A stretch of 63,540 nt of DNA, the filler included, from Collodictyon triciliatum (Eukaryota), in NCBI GenBank assembly GCA_043381765.1. It is 35 parts of 35 records of this genome, joined end to end, with 100 filler letters (N's around TTAATTAATTAA, not from the genome) between each part and the next. Parts side by side here need not be neighbours in the genome. Positions count along the whole stretch, not along the records: positions 50,975 to 52,681 come from JBHJMP010010378.1; positions 52,782 to 54,492 come from JBHJMP010010379.1; positions 54,593 to 56,303 come from JBHJMP010010380.1; positions 56,404 to 58,113 come from JBHJMP010010381.1; positions 58,214 to 59,923 come from JBHJMP010010382.1; positions 60,024 to 61,732 come from JBHJMP010010383.1; positions 61,833 to 63,540 come from JBHJMP010010384.1; 28 more parts are not named here. The stretch is one strand, 5' to 3'. The translations under genes and the position numbers were made by a program. The notes below the pieces were generated by a model. That model did not search any database and was not told the DNA's origin. It saw only the letters and a list, made by a program, of their open reading frames with translations. Of the stretch, positions 51,142 through 63,540 are shown piece after piece (the stretch's first letter is position 1; each line of letters begins with the position of its first letter).

Positions 51142-51993
51142 CTAAAAGGCTTTTCGAAACGAATGAAGAGGAAGCTGCTGAGGGGAATATTCTTGGAATC
51201 TTATTTAGGGTTTGGGGTGCCTTTGGGTCTCGAACTAACAATTTATGATCTTTAATTAATTTACATGGAATAACAAAAGAGAAAGAAAAAGAGGAGGTGA
51301 CCACGCAACATACCAACTAGTCTTTTTGAATGCGAAAGAATGAAGTCATCCACTTTCTTTGCTGCAAACACAAAATAAATCAATTTATTCATGAAAGTGG
51401 ATGACATTATCGACTTAGCCGTGCTGAAAAATGTATTTGAATCCATCTACAAGGAACCCCAAAAAAATATATTGATTAAGAAAAATTAAGACACAACAAA
51501 ATAAATACTAGTTTGTCTACGTTTTTTTTTTTTTTGTTTGTTTGTTGTTGTAAAATTGGACATTATAATGAATAGATTCATTACGTTCGAACTGCTCGAC
51601 TGGAACAGAGGAAAGAGTTTGAATCTCTCCTGATGATAAGTTTTAAGCGCACTTGTTGGAATTATGGATACAATTTTCAGCACTCGTCGGGCATCAGCAA
51701 CTATCTCTGATCTGTGTTATACAAACACGTTCCGTGTTTAAGATAAAGATTATCGTTCGGATGTGAGAATATACATTATTTTTTATTACTCCTTTGGATT
51801 TAATAATGACATGATACCATGATGGAGATGTTGATACTAAAACTGAAACATCTCAGGCAAAAAATAAAATAAAATAAAAATAAATAAATAAAAATAAATA
51901 AAAATAAATAAAAAATAAATAAAAAATAAATAAAAAATAAATAAAAAATAAATAAAAAATAAATAAAAAATAAATAAAAAATAAACAAAAATA

Positions 51994-52024
<31 letters not shown>

Positions 52025-52300
52025 TAAAAATAAAAATAAAAATAAAAATAAAAATAAAAATAAAACAAAAACAAAAAAAAAACAAAAAAAGACTGACAAC
52101 GCCTCTATTTGAACACTTGTTAGGATCTGAACGGGAGAGGTCTTGTATGGGTTCAGATGCGTTTCCCAAAAGTCTGACAGAGTCTTCTTTTCTTGGATGG
52201 ACTGAAACCATTTCTGAATCATGGCAGAAACATGATCGTCGGTGGGGATCGAGTTTGCCAACACCTGAAACTCTCTGGTAAATGTCATGTTTGCCACTTG
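51142..52300 (-). CDS. Hypothetical protein, internal exons
   Basis: Four open exon-like blocks bounded by GT-AG (e.g. FTREFQVLANSIPTDDHVSAMIQKWF, MDSNTFFSTAKSIMSSTFMNKLIYFVF); family not recognised. Confidence 0.45.
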
Positions 52301-52311
52301 TCTGCATCATG

Positions 52312-52403
<92 letters not shown>

Positions 52404-52612
52404 AAACAAAACAAAAAATACGAGAAACATTTTGCATAAAATGAAAATGAACGAGTAGATTGATATATGTGCGTTGGCTTTTTTTTTCTTTTCGTACACA
52501 AGCAGACGAACAAAACCAACCATCTAAACGATTCCACGGTGTTACATATGTATTTTATTTTATTGTTAAACAGTCGAGAGAACCAAAGCGAAACGGGCTC
52601 TTCCACACAGCC

Positions 52613-52681
<69 letters not shown>

Positions 52682-52941
52682 NNNNNNNNNNNNNNNNNNN
52701 NNNNNNNNNNNNNNNNNNNNNNNNNTTAATTAATTAANNNNNNNNNNNNNNNNNNNNNNNNNNNNNNNNNNNNNNNNNNNNAAAAACAAAAAAACAAAAA
52801 AACAAAAAAACAAAAAAACAAAAAAACAAAAAAACAAAAAAACAAAAAACAAAAAAACAAAAAAACAAAAAAACAAAAAAACAAAAAAACAACAAAATAT
52901 AAACCAAAACAAACCAAACATATATGTCTAGCTAGATATAA

Positions 52942-54205
52942 ATGCCACAGCAAAAAGCCGTCCCAATCGATCAGAACCCAAATACAAGCTGGCTCAATGA
53001 GCGCGGCTCTTATGCGATCTACATTGTGCTGATCGTCTTTGTGCGCTTTGCAATTGCCTCGCTTCCCGGGGTCGATGGACCGACTTCCTGGAGCATCACC
53101 TGCGTTGTCCACAACATCGTGAGTTTATCCGGCCCAAACAAAGGCGCAACAGGAGGCTGTTTACTTTAGTGACGAAATGCTTTTTTCCATTGTTCTCATC
53201 TCCTTTTTCTTCCCTACTCTTTTTACCCTAAAACTTTCTTTGATATCCTCTTTCGTCTTCTATTTTCTTTGATGTATTCTTTTCTCATGTTCATGAGTCA
53301 TCCTATTATTTAAGTTGAAAAAAAAAACGTAGCTCACCTTCTACCTCTTCCACTGGCTGCTTGGCAGCCCGTTTGAAGATCGCCATAGCAAGAAAACTTG
53401 GTGGGAACAGGTATAGATGCTGCCAATGTGGATACGACCATCATTGCACTTTTTTTTTGTTTGTTCTCCAGCGCCACTTCTTCCTCGCTATGCAGCAACG
53501 ACAGCATAAAACAGTTAATTCATATAAAAAGTAAACGAAAAGAAAAGAAAAAGAAAACATGACAGTAATCAAAGAGTGACTAACTGAAAGTGAGGTTTAT
53601 ATATTAAAGAAATCTACCGTTTGTTTGCAATTTTTTTTTTTGGTTTCTTTTCAACAGTTTATTGAGAGAAATCCGTTTGTTTGCAATCAAACCAATCACC
53701 CCCTTTCATAATGTCCATTTCTTTCTATTGCCATCATACTCTTATTGGTTTACCTGTCCCGTATAATTAAAGAGCGAGTCCCTTCAAAAACACTAATTGA
53801 AACACGCATATCAATCACATCCATCACAGCTGGACCAGGGAGAGCAGTTCACCGCGAACCGAAAGTTTCTCACAATCGTGCCGGTCGCTCTGTAAGCCAT
53901 TCACATACCCCACGATACACCGAGACACAAGACTGACAAGGAGACATTATTATGAAGGAGAGCTGTTTGGACATGTCTCAAACTCGACACTCCTCTTATA
54001 TAATATATTTCTATTTTTCCGTCATGTTTCTCTCCTTCCATCCTTAACGCCCCGTTCGATTCGTAGCTTCCTCGCCACGATGCACTTTACAAACTTCAAT
54101 CCGCCCTACTTCTACGTCAACCTTGCGTCCTTGGTCATCATCATCATCGGCAAGCTCCCCTTCATGCACCGCACCCGCATCTTCGGCATCAACAAGGAGC
54201 CATAG
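52942..54205 (+). CDS. ORMDL: ORMDL/Orm1-like sphingolipid synthesis regulator, complete (exons 52942-53118, 53333-53410, 53830-53891, 54067-54205)
   Basis: [75 protein letters not shown]. Confidence 0.95.
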
Positions 54206-54312
54206 GCCAACCGCATGAGGACGGAGGACATCCGCAGTGGCCACGCCAAAGATACCGAGAATGGACGGATGGATGGAGCAATAAAAATCAAAGAAACAAG
54301 AGGAAACATAAA

Positions 54313-54344
<32 letters not shown>

Positions 54345-56490
54345 AAAAAAAAAAAAGACATTAACAAGAGGGAGGGAGATGAATTCCGCGCAGATACAAC
54401 AACAAACAACACCAAAAAAATAAAATAAATGCTTTCTTGTCTCGCCTCTCACTTTTTTTTTTTTTTTTTTCCAAAATCTTTTTTTATATAACNNNNNNNN
54501 NNNNNNNNNNNNNNNNNNNNNNNNNNNNNNNNNNNNTTAATTAATTAANNNNNNNNNNNNNNNNNNNNNNNNNNNNNNNNNNNNNNNNNNNNCACCACGT
54601 TATGTAAGGGTGTATATGTGTACGCTTGAGTTGTAAATGCAGGAAAATAAAGTCTTTATTATAATCATATAATTATCAATAAGTTAAAAAAAATACACTA
54701 ATAACAGGAAATTAGCAGATTACACTCCAAGGACGAGGATAGACATGAATCGCAACCCAAATATTATACATCTAGTGTATTGTGATTGCTTGCGTGGAGT
54801 CGGGATTCTTAAGTCAAATTTTGACCCACAGGTATATAATTATGTACTTGCTCATATGCAAAGTCACGGCAAATGCAAATGTAATTGTTCAACTTGCTTG
54901 CGACTAAAATAAACAGATGATGGAAAAATAAATTATTGAAAATTTACGAACATTATACAAATATATACCATTAGCAGGAATAATTATGTTTCTCACACAT
55001 AACCTGTGATACATTTAGGCTAGCTAAAGTTATTCCGGAGTTGACATAATTTTATGTTTCTTACTATGTATCTTGACTTATCACAATGATTAAAGCTTTT
55101 ATATACTTATGATTTTCGATTAATTAGTCTTCTTTAAAAATCATATTCACAATTTTACAAAGTCAATTTTTAGATATACGCATAAACATTATCTTAGGCG
55201 TTTATATGTGATAAATACCTGTTGGTTTATTTTTAAAAAAAATAAAACTTTGATGAATAAAATAGGAGATGATAACTGTTTTTCCGTGATGTTTATAGAT
55301 AAAGGCTTTATACATGTTTCCGATTCTTCTGAAAACTTTTTTGTACTATTTTATTGGCATTACAATTATAACTATATAATGTGAACTTTTTAACGCATAT
55401 TTTCATAGGCATGTAGCTCAGTTCCTATTGTTTTATTGTTTAAGGTGTTAAGTCAAGGACACAGTCACAGTGTATCATGTCAAATTGATTTTTATGGCCT
55501 ATATAGTGTTTATTTAAAACAATTTGCTATATTTTGAGTTAGAGCTACGAGTTACAGGTACACAAGGTTATATTGCTATGTCAACTTGTTTATCGTGGTA
55601 AATCTAGAGCGCGTGTATTGGCTTTGTACAGAATATTTATAATTGACCTTAAGCATTCCATATAGCATTTATGTAAAGACCACTAATTTTCATGATTATA
55701 AAATTTTCCTACAAAAAACCATATGATAATTACATTCGCATAAACGTATGTATAAGATGTATTTCTCTCGACAAAAAAAACGAAATCCCTTCTAATAGAA
55801 TTGGCCAGATTGTGTGCATCTATATTTGTCTATTTTCTCAGAGATTACACTGCGTACCGCTGCGTAGGAACCGCAATAGTGACATATAGGTTGTGTTTAT
55901 GTAATATTCTTTAATGAATAAACACTATACACATTTTATGTGTATGATACAGTACAAAGTGGCATAGCGGCCCGCAATCATAGGAAATCGTAGACATATG
56001 TAAAGTTCATTTTTTGATGATGTGACGCGTTTACAAGTCAGAAATTTCTCAATATTCAGACAGACATCATTCAGAACAAACAAAATAAACAGAGCCATGA
56101 AAACAAAAAAAGGAACAAAATTCATCATGAAATGCTGACATATAGTCCGCATTAAATTTACAATAGCAAATATAACCAACACAACACTAAGCAGATATTG
56201 CAGCTAAGAAATAAAAAAAATCAATGAACATGAGCATACAGAACCTGTATAGCTATGTTGCAATTTGTAGAATTACGCTGTCTTGGACTGAAAATTATCA
56301 ATTNNNNNNNNNNNNNNNNNNNNNNNNNNNNNNNNNNNNNNNNNNNNTTAATTAATTAANNNNNNNNNNNNNNNNNNNNNNNNNNNNNNNNNNNNNNNNN
56401 NNNAACACAACATGATTGACCTTCCAGTGTAAAATTTAGTATCTAACATCTTTTACATGAGAATAGTCAACTAACTTACTTCCCTCTCAG

Positions 56491-56928
56491 CTACAAACTA
56501 TCGACAATAATGAGGAAACTTGGACATGAGCACTTGAACATATGCAAGGTGGACATCGAAGGCAGCGAATGGGGTATACTCGACGACATCATAGAGAAAA
56601 AACTGCAGATAGATCAGTTTTTTGTTGAATTCCACTACTTCGACTACGATGAGAAGGATGGATACTCAGAAATGGTTTTTAGAATTCTTCAAATAACAAA
56701 GATCAATGCAGTAATGACATAACATTTGTGTAATAGTTTCTCACAAAATTCAATACCAATCTAAGCATCGCTGCAATTACGTAGGTTACTAATTTTATCA
56801 CCCGCCTGAACGGCATTGGCTTCAGATGGTTCCACAGAAATCCTGTCAGAGAACTTCTAGTTCGTAATTTTAAGGGAAATGTCATTAAAGATCTGCGCTT
56901 TGTTGAATACTCTTTCATAAGAGTTTAA
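56491..56928 (+). CDS. METTL24-like/FkbM-type SAM methyltransferase, 3' part
   Basis: LSTIMRKLGHEHLNICKVDIEGSEW...IDQFFVEFH | ...L..IGFRWFHRNP...EYSFIRV*. Confidence 0.8.
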
Positions 56929-58213
56929 TAAAGCTGGAGGATTAATATACATTATCATTTTCTTAGCATGACACAGTTAATGTTCTGTATTATGGAAAAT
57001 CTTGTAGTTATAGACTAAAATTAATTTAAAACATTTTTAAGCAAAATACCTAATAAAACATAAATTAGAAATTATTTAGAGCCTATGTAACAATAATTTA
57101 ATGATGAAAAGTAAAAGTACGCATAGTTGAAATGCAGAGTTTCATGAGAGTCATAATATTGAAATTTGAAGTTTTCTTCTCACAAGGCAAATGTACCTAA
57201 ACTTGTTTCAAATAGAAGCGCTTCTAACTCAAAAATAAAATTTTCTTGAAGATAAATTAATAATATACAGTCTTATTGTCTTAGTTGATGTCTTGAGAAT
57301 ACTCAGCTCTAGGAAAGAACTTTTAAGACGTTGTGGGATAATTGAACTATTGATATTGGACGATGTTTATCCCTTTCAATTTTGTGCAGGATGGTGAAGA
57401 TTTTGGCTTTGGTTCGCAACCCTTGGTTGCGTGGACGCTACTTGGTGGCCGAGTGGCGGAGAAGCAGTCGGTAATCAGGAATTGCATCCTGCGGTTTGGC
57501 CTGTGGCCTGGGTCTTGTGCTTACATGAGAGAGACAAGGAGAGGTTAATTCTCTTTCTCAGCCCCTTTTCACATGTCTCTTCTCACAGGGTCTGAGTAAT
57601 AGAGAACGTGCAGGTGGCGAAGAAAGCTGTTGAGGAAAGAGATTTGTATGAAATCATCCAGCCTATTATCAGGAATGGGTGGTTAATTGTTGAGTCTTGC
57701 TTTGCGTGAGTATATGCGCGCTATCCACATAGTCCATAGCAAATGGCATCGCGTCACTGCCCAAAATTTTTATGTATTTAGACGCAGCTGTTACAGAGGT
57801 ACAAATATCAACTGAATTTCATTCCACAAGATGAGTCTCTTGAGGGGACAACGGGTCACTTTCCTTGCGTTTCTTGCTAGGAGACTCTGATAGAAAGCGA
57901 TACATCGTTGTTTGTCTGTAATTATCGGAAGTGGCGCTTGACCGCCTCTTGTTTTCGGAACCATGCGTATTTGGCAATGGACTTTGCTTAACCAGAGTAT
58001 GGATACGCGTTCGTGGTTTTAGAAACATACGCTCCTGCTTGCTCGGACTGTCTTTGGTGTGTGAAGTTCCAAGCTTGGATTCGACTTGTGCTGTTTGCTC
58101 TTGCTCATTGGTTNNNNNNNNNNNNNNNNNNNNNNNNNNNNNNNNNNNNNNNNNNNNTTAATTAATTAANNNNNNNNNNNNNNNNNNNNNNNNNNNNNNN
58201 NNNNNNNNNNNNN

Positions 58214-59105
58214 GTTCATTAGTGAACTTGATGCACTTTCGGGAAAATCGCCTGGTGTTTCGTCCATCATTTCGATATTCATTTCTTGATTTTGGGGCCG
58301 CTCCTGAACCTTTGTCTTGATTGAGACTTCGAGCACTTCATCCATGGGTGTCTTGTCACGATTTCTCCCTCTGTCGTTAGAAGGAGAAATGCCTTGCTTT
58401 TAGCCTTGTTGGTGGACTCCAGGTTAGTTTTGGAGGAGCAATTCATGAATAGATGGCCACTCTTCAGCGCTATGGTCGGCTACTGTTGTGTTGGAGCCTG
58501 AGAAGCGAGTGGCGGTGTTTTGTTTGTTGGTGGCCGCTTGTTTGGTGCCGGTCAGCTTGGCAATTGTTTTTTTAATTTTAATGGATTGGCATTGGGTATC
58601 ATTCCCTCCTTCGTTGGTGAGAGTTGGTGAGATGTCAGACTCAAAGAGGGCGTATTTCAACACGACAGCATCTCTCATGAATGTCAACGAAGAAGGTTTC
58701 CTTTTCCCATTTTTTCCCGTTCTTCTTCAAAGGTAACGAGTGCATCGTTCATGCATATTCTCCAGGCTTTGCCCAGTTGACTTTGATTGGGGTGATGTGC
58801 TCACCGCAACCTTCGAAAATGTAAGTCCAGTAGACGCCCAACGAGATTTGGATAAATGCACAACGTTGATGACGTTTATGACTGGAATGGGATTGCATTG
58901 GTAGCCGAGAGGAAAAAGGCCCCTCTTTAATAAAGGTTTCCCCATTTCCTTTCTTAAGATGAGCGGTTTCGAGTACGAGGAAAAAGTTGTCCACAATAAG
59001 TGTCACGTCCTTTTCGCAGCGCTTTCGGGTTTAATCACGGTTCGCAGTGTATTCGGCATATCCGCTCGGTTCATGAAGGAATGGACTACTCATTACTTAC
59101 CATGA
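58214..59105 (-). mobile_element. Repeat family A copy 3: more diverged LINE ORF1 remnant
   Basis: TPIKVNWAKPG, ESDISPTLTNEGGNDTQ, QAATNKQNTATRFSG; DNA alignable to copies 1 and 2; may extend further 5' to about 59600. Confidence 0.72.
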
Positions 59106-60023
59106 AGAAAGACGAAACTATCTTGACATTTGTTTTTGGATACTTGGTCCAGAGTAGTGCTTTTCCATTGCGCTCTTTTACTCACGTATCAATAATAGAA
59201 TGAACAAATCCTCAAATCATACTCGAAAATGCAGTGCCAATTGGCGCATATGTTGCTGGCGGTCTCGCTCGTTATGTTCGGTGCTGGCCTCGAACCGAAG
59301 GCGGCTACCCTTCGAATGGTGGGCGCAATCATTGGGAGAATCTGCGCAGCATAATTACAACAGATGTTGACCAGTTATCCACTCGGCACGGCACCATAAG
59401 AACTCATACAATACGAAAAGCAATGGGAAGGAGGAGGTATAGTTGAGAAGTGAGAGATTACGAGACACTAGGCATAAGTATGGACTCGTTGTATTTGTTT
59501 GTTTATGTACTGCATTTCGATCTTTGAGAATCTCGAATATACCCGCAACCTCAGCCTCAGCTTTCACATTGAACCAAACGTCTATGCGAGTGTTATTGCG
59601 TTATGAAGCATATGAGTTATGTGTTTGCGATGAAAGCAAAAAAAGTAAAAGAAGAAAATGAAAACGTGTAAAAAAAACAAAAACGAAAAAAAAATCGAAT
59701 GTCAGCGGGATGATACCTAATGCGTATGTCGACATATGAGAGAGGCGCACCCACTGTGTGTGCGCTGTGTGTGCTGTGCCGGTCTATATATGCGCATGGG
59801 TGCTTTGCAGAGACATCAAAAGTTGTTTAAACCGATCAAGTAGCTAACACTACCTAATCAAAGAGGTATGCTAAGCTCCGTGATGCGATGCCGCAAGGTG
59901 TTGCTTTTTGCCCTTTTCTCATCNNNNNNNNNNNNNNNNNNNNNNNNNNNNNNNNNNNNNNNNNNNNTTAATTAATTAANNNNNNNNNNNNNNNNNNNNN
60001 NNNNNNNNNNNNNNNNNNNNNNN

Positions 60024-60101
<78 letters not shown>

Positions 60102-61887
60102 GTAATAGTAATAATAATAATAACAACAAAAAAAGCAAGGTGGTACACTTTCAGTGTTAGTGGATAGAAATATTTCATGAGTAAAACAACATTAAATTGT
60201 GCACTGCACTCATTAAAAAAAAAAAAGAAGGAAGAAGGAAGATAGTCCAGTACAAGAGGTAGGAACCAACTAGGAAGAAAAACAAAAATAACGGTGACTA
60301 GGCACCAAAGTGAAGCCCCCAACATTTCAGCCCCAGCGGAGACATAGAGCGAATTCATGTATGCACAAAGCGCAACACTCAACTAGGACGGCTTCTTTGG
60401 AGAGAGGGTTTCTGGCACGTCAGACAGAACGGTCCCACAGAAAAGAGAGCTTGAGAGGTTCACTTACAATCGATGTGAAAGGACTGCACTGCAGAGTCAC
60501 GGAAGACTCGCTCTCGGATCGCACGGCTGAGGCCACGGAGCGCGGCGAGTGTGTGGGCGTTCGCTCCAGGTAAAAGTCATCGGCCTCGAGCTTCTCCATG
60601 CCTGATCCGTACGGGATTCCTTTCACTCGTGGATGATCGTGCAAGCCGAAGAGACTTTGGATGATCCGCACCAGAAGACACACACGCACGAATGCACTGA
60701 CGCACGCAGGAATCGAGACCCAAGTAGGATATGCAGGAGCTGATTTATGATCGATGTGTTAGGTGCTCCATTCCATACTCAGATGTCTGGTAAAAATTAC
60801 ATTCAATTTAATGTAATATATGTATATGGATCTTTTATGTATCTACGCTTTTCCTCCGAAAGCCATATTATGATAGAAATATATCTTTATGTATAATTCC
60901 CACATATTGATAGAGATTGTATTATTTGATTTTATATCCATAAGTGGAATACGTTTTTTCGATCAAATCACAATCCCATCCGCTTCGTCATCGCGGTTTG
61001 CGGGCTTCAGCTTTCAATGCTGTGTGACTCTGGACTGTGCAAAGCAGCTCTGCCTTATGTATTATCTTTACATATTCACATATACACGCACTGCCAGTCA
61101 ACCATCACAGTTCAGAAGCATTTTTTTCTGATCCTGGTGTTGGTATTTTATTGATAAACTTTAAGTCTTTGCCTTGAAACACAAAGTAAGACCGTCCCCA
61201 AACCCAAAATGGGCTTCGGATCAAAAAAACCGAATATGCTTGGTTGCAAACATGCAATTAACAAATAAAAGCAAAGTAAAATATAATACAAGTTAAAATA
61301 AAGTAAATCAGGACTTGAGACTCATATTTCCCTCTCTTCCGCTTTTTCTTCTCTTTCAAGGCCCCTGCTTGACATACCACTTTCTTTTATTTCTTTGTTA
61401 AATCCCTACACTGAGAACAGGAATGGTTGGCTTTCGATTTGTGTCTTGACATCTTTGTTTTTCTGTTCTTTACCCACACCTTTCAAATTCAGATGCGATA
61501 TATTAGTTTGGCGATCACAAAACATGAACTGCTTAAGTAGGATAGTCAAACTCTTTATATTCTCCCTGTACGCAATAAAATAAAACCTTTTATCTTTACA
61601 CAATTATTCGAAGTCTCCAATAAACATGCATTACTTAGGTCTGGCCAGTAGCACCAATCATCCAGCTGCTATAAAGGACGAGATACAGTGTCTAAAGCAA
61701 AAGAAGCAAGATATTCTCATGATGGAAACCGANNNNNNNNNNNNNNNNNNNNNNNNNNNNNNNNNNNNNNNNNNNNTTAATTAATTAANNNNNNNNNNNN
61801 NNNNNNNNNNNNNNNNNNNNNNNNNNNNNNNNACTGAAGAAAAAAAGAACCAAAAAAAACCAAAAAAAAAAAAAAAAAAACAAAAAA

Positions 61888-61944
<57 letters not shown>

Positions 61945-62180
61945 AAAAAAAAAAACAAAACAAACAAAACAAACAAAACAAACAAAACAAACAAAACAAA
62001 CAAAACAAACAAAACAAACAAAACAAACAAAAAAAAACTAAAAAACAAAAAAAGACAAAGACAAAGACAAAGACAAAGACAAAGACAAAGACAAAGACAA
62101 AGACAAAGACAAAGACAAAGACAAAGACAAAAACAAAAAACGGAAAAAACTAAATAAATATGGATCATGATTACAAATAC

Positions 62181-63127
62181 CTTCGCACTGCCAAAGTCCG
62201 TCAACTTAATATGCATTCCCGGGCCGACCAGTAAGTTTTCTGGTTTCAAATCTCGGTGCAAAACGCCCTTGGCTCTAATGTATTCAAGAGCAGAGATGAT
62301 TTCGGCGACATAGAAACTCGTGCAAGTCTCATTCAAAGCACCGTTCTTTCGAATGAACTTCAGGAGTTCGCCGTGTTCGCAGAGCTCGATCACAAAGTAC
62401 AAATGGGACGGGTCCTGAAAAGTGTAGAAGATCTTTACAATATTTGGATGATTGAGTCCGTCCATAATCATCTTTTCGCGCTTGATTGTCTCCACTTTTT
62501 TGGCTTGCACAATGTGTTGCTTACTGACGATCTTTACAGCATACTGTTTCCCAGAGGTTATCTCAGACCCAATGACGACCTACCGTATAAATGAATAATA
62601 AATAAAGGAACGGTAACAAATATTGATGAAATCGTGCCGTAAGAGAAGAGAAGAACAAATTATATATAATCAGTCGATTCATTACTTGATGTGTTTATGA
62701 ACAGAAACTGGGGTTTAAATGATTCGAATAATATAAGGACGACTCGAAAAAGCAAAGGTTATATGAAAGTAAAAGATAATAAAAGAATGAGAGTCAAAGA
62801 GCTTATAATGACATATTTGCATACTTAAAAATAAATAGAGAAACGATAAACAAGAAGACATACAAAAATAAAAATGAAAGGGCACTGGATGACAATAAAG
62901 TGTTCCGCGAAAGAGCGTGTGAGACACGGTTTGTTTGGAAACGATCGGACCTGACCAAAGGAGCCTTCACCAAGAACATCGCCGAAAGTGAAGTCCTTTT
63001 TGCTGCGGCTCCGCGAGGGCTTTGCTGCGGCCGAAGAAGAAGAAGCTGCGTTTCCGGACGAAGAGGACGCATTTGACGCTTGATCAGCAGCATCCAAAGA
63101 CTGTGTCTCTAAAGTAGGTGTATCCAT
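62181..63127 (-). CDS. PDPK1: 3-phosphoinositide-dependent protein kinase 1 (PDK1/Pkh), 5' part (2 exons)
   Basis: KKDFTFGDVLGEGSFGQ|V...YAVKIVSKQHIV..KKVETIKREK..M..LNHPNIVKIFYTFQD...LYFV.E....GELL..IRK, FYVAEI, HRDLKPENLL, HIKLTDFGSAK. Confidence 0.88.
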
Positions 63128-63540
63128 CGGCCCTGCTTTGCTTCTGCCTGCCCTCTGCTCTTTTCCTCCTTCGATCAATATGACTCGGTTAGATAACTTT
63201 CCTTTCGACAACAAGTCAGGAGACCGATCTGTGCTGGATGGACTTTGAAGGCCGAAATGAAATGAAATAAAATAAAATAAAATAAAGTAAAATAAATTAA
63301 ATTAAATTAAATTAAATTAAATTAAATTAAATTAAATTAAATTAAAATAAAATAAAATAAAATAAAAAAGGAGAAAAACAACCAGGCACAAGACGGAGGG
63401 ATGGCAGCACACTACCCAGACCCGGGAAAGGGAAAGGGCGCAGTAGAAAGCATAACGAGAAGGAACGCAAAAAAAAAAAAAAAAAAAGAAAGGGGAGGGT
63501 ATGAAGGAGGGACAGAAGGGGGGGTGGGGTTTTGGGGGGG

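Noticed and set aside
54593-56303. AT-rich contig as a gene or element
   Set aside because: No recognisable coding motifs, repeats or RNA structure that I can support
57360-58113. Minus-strand S/K/T-rich segment as part of a LINE ORF1
   Set aside because: Composition is suggestive, but there is no alignable similarity to family A or any diagnostic motif
60300-60690. Minus-strand spliced gene (GTAAGT...CTGAC..CAG intron)
   Set aside because: Splice signals look real, but every frame stops soon after; no product can be supported

Overview
This is not a contiguous locus. It is an artificial concatenation of 35 small contigs (about 1.71-1.74 kb, in roughly decreasing length) joined by N44-TTAATTAATTAA-N44 linkers, so adjacency between contigs carries no biological meaning. 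Most contigs end in microsatellites or homopolymers. The DNA is from an intron-rich, AT-rich eukaryote that is probably a flagellated protist with mitochondria: it has BBS7, KIF9 and a WDR49/64-like gene, plus fumarase and HscB. Recognisable gene fragments: CDF zinc transporter, BBS7, PNP, CAMK-type kinase, FG-GAP protein, TBC1D22/Gyp1, DUF4062 protein, cysteine synthase, WD40, fumarase, HscB, subtilisin, ZIFL-type MFS, RCC1, KIF9, ORMDL (complete), METTL24-like and PDK1. Main finding: two overlapping, decayed copies of one Fanzor1 family (eukaryotic TnpB-derived RNA-guided nuclease) at 29196-30574 (+) and 32834-33540 (-). Together they span the whole protein, with an NLS-like start, an intact RuvC D-E-D triad, a candidate intron and a structured candidate omegaRNA downstream. 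There are also scattered pieces of L1/Tx1-like LINEs: three ORF1 copies, ORF2 C-termini, and a 29-bp 3'-end insertion with a perfect 12-bp target-site duplication. AAG 3' splice sites appear unusually often. All family calls are by motif recognition and manual translation; no searches were run.
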